Assembly (NCBI GenBank): GCA_963653535.1
Contig: CAVJWU010000003.1
Coordinates: 8,160 to 72,159, forward strand
DNA: 64,000 bases
Reading direction: 5' to 3'
Origin: Azospirillum sp. CAG:239
GTDB taxonomy: Bacteria; Bacillota_I; Bacilli_A; RFN20; CAG-449
Shown here: one piece after another, positions 63,335 to 64,000 of the stretch
How positions within the stretch are numbered: the first letter of the stretch is position 1
Layout of the letters: each line of letters opens with the position of its first letter
The notes under the pieces: generated by a model
The model's input: the letters and a program-made list of their open reading frames with translations, nothing else
Told to the model about the DNA's origin: nothing
Databases searched by the model: none
Position numbers and translations under genes: made by a program

Positions 63335-64000
63335 TTAGTCAGAAATAATATTCATCTTTTTCATTAAATATCGAGCATTAGTTTTTGTGCATATTCCTTT
63401 TTTAATCTTATAATCAAAAGTAATTTGTTCATCGATATAATTCTCTTCAAAATGATAATTATATATTTTTTTCGAATCGATCTCACATAATTCAAAATCA
63501 TGAGTAGTTAAAAAGACAATGGTTCTTAAAGATGATAATTTTTTCACTACTTCTTTAGCTCCATAAATGCGATCTTGATAATTTGTTCCTTTAAATATTT
63601 CATCGATAAAAACAATGACTAAGGAAGAAGGATTATTATCTAAATAAGTGATAATATCTTTAATTCTACTTAATTCTCCATAGAAAGTTGATATTCCGTT
63701 AGTTATATCATCTTTAACATTAATAGAAGTAAATATTTTGCAAATTGGAAAAGAAAATTCTTTCGCATTACAATAAGTTCCATTTAAACTTAAAACAAGG
63801 TTTAAAGCCACCATCTTCATAAAAGAAGTTTTACCTGACATATTACTACCAGTAATAATATTTATATCTTTTGATGATGAAAAAGAATTACTAACACATG
63901 ATTTTTCATTTATTAAAGGATGTTTACCTTCAACTAAAGTTAATTTATCTTCATCATTAAGAAGAGGTAAAGAAACATTCTCTTTAGTTAAAGGAATCGT
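63335..64000 (-). CDS. MutS-family ABC ATPase (domain V) without an Smr domain; N-terminus lies outside the window
   Basis: The frame stays open upstream of the track ORF to position 64000 (hand-translated ...VEGKHPLINEKSCVSNSFSSSKDINIITGSNMSGKTSF). Walker A GSNMSGKT, the ST..ELS-like STFYGELS, and Walker B VFIDEIFKGTN. Confidence 0.7.
   Translation of the reverse strand, partial: TIPLTKENVSLPLLNDEDKLTLVEGKHPLINEKSCVSNSFSSSKDINIITGSNMSGKTSFMKMVALNLVLSLNGTYCNAKEFSFPICKIFTSINVKDDITNGISTFYGELSRIKDIITYLDNNPSSLVIVFIDEIFKGTNYQDRIYGAKEVVKKLSSLRTIVFLTTHDFELCEIDSKKIYNYHFEENYIDEQITFDYKIKKGICTKTNARYLMKKMNIISD

Noticed and set aside
1-64000. Alternative genetic code (TGA read as Trp), as in many Mollicutes.
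   Set aside because: All large conserved proteins are full length under the standard code, and Trp positions are supplied by TGG. There is no sign of TGA read-through.

Overview
Low-GC chromosomal segment of Firmicutes/Mollicutes type. It reads cleanly with the standard code: ValS, Lon, LepA and a 2761-aa ORF are full length with no in-frame TGA, so this is not a code-4 mycoplasma. An Acholeplasma- or Erysipelotrichia-like origin is only an inference. No rRNA, tRNA, CRISPR, IS element or prophage was seen. The core content is conserved housekeeping blocks: glyQS-dnaG-rpoD-trmK, recN, dinB-xerD, deoB, yqeG-yqeH-yhbY-nadD/yqeK-rsfS-mtnN, hemW, lepA, a T-box-controlled valS, and tig-lon-engB. 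Genes run on + up to 9453 and almost all on - from 10014. The 560-bp non-coding gap at that switch holds a 28-bp XerCD dif-like site plus several repeat families, so the window probably spans the replication terminus. Accessory material interrupts the conserved blocks. It includes Ser-rich lipoproteins (one a CE8 pectin methylesterase with a near-consensus cre site), a WYL-regulator operon with a multi-zinc-ribbon membrane protein next to a DUF2130-like coiled-coil nuclease, a degenerate Fic-like protein coupled to hemW, and a GT2/GT-C pair. It also includes a PD-(D/E)XK-XPD/DinG fusion coupled to a YcjF-like membrane protein, an SbcE/SbcF-like pair whose ATPase has a hydrophobic helix where a zinc hook would be, two tandem GGDEF paralogs, and a partial MutS-like ATPase. 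The giant ORF carries a near-perfect in-frame 1911-bp tandem duplication. The best candidates for something undescribed are the WYL/zinc-ribbon/nuclease module, the nuclease-helicase/YcjF pair, and the repeat architecture around dif. All functional calls rest on motif recognition by eye; no database search was run.
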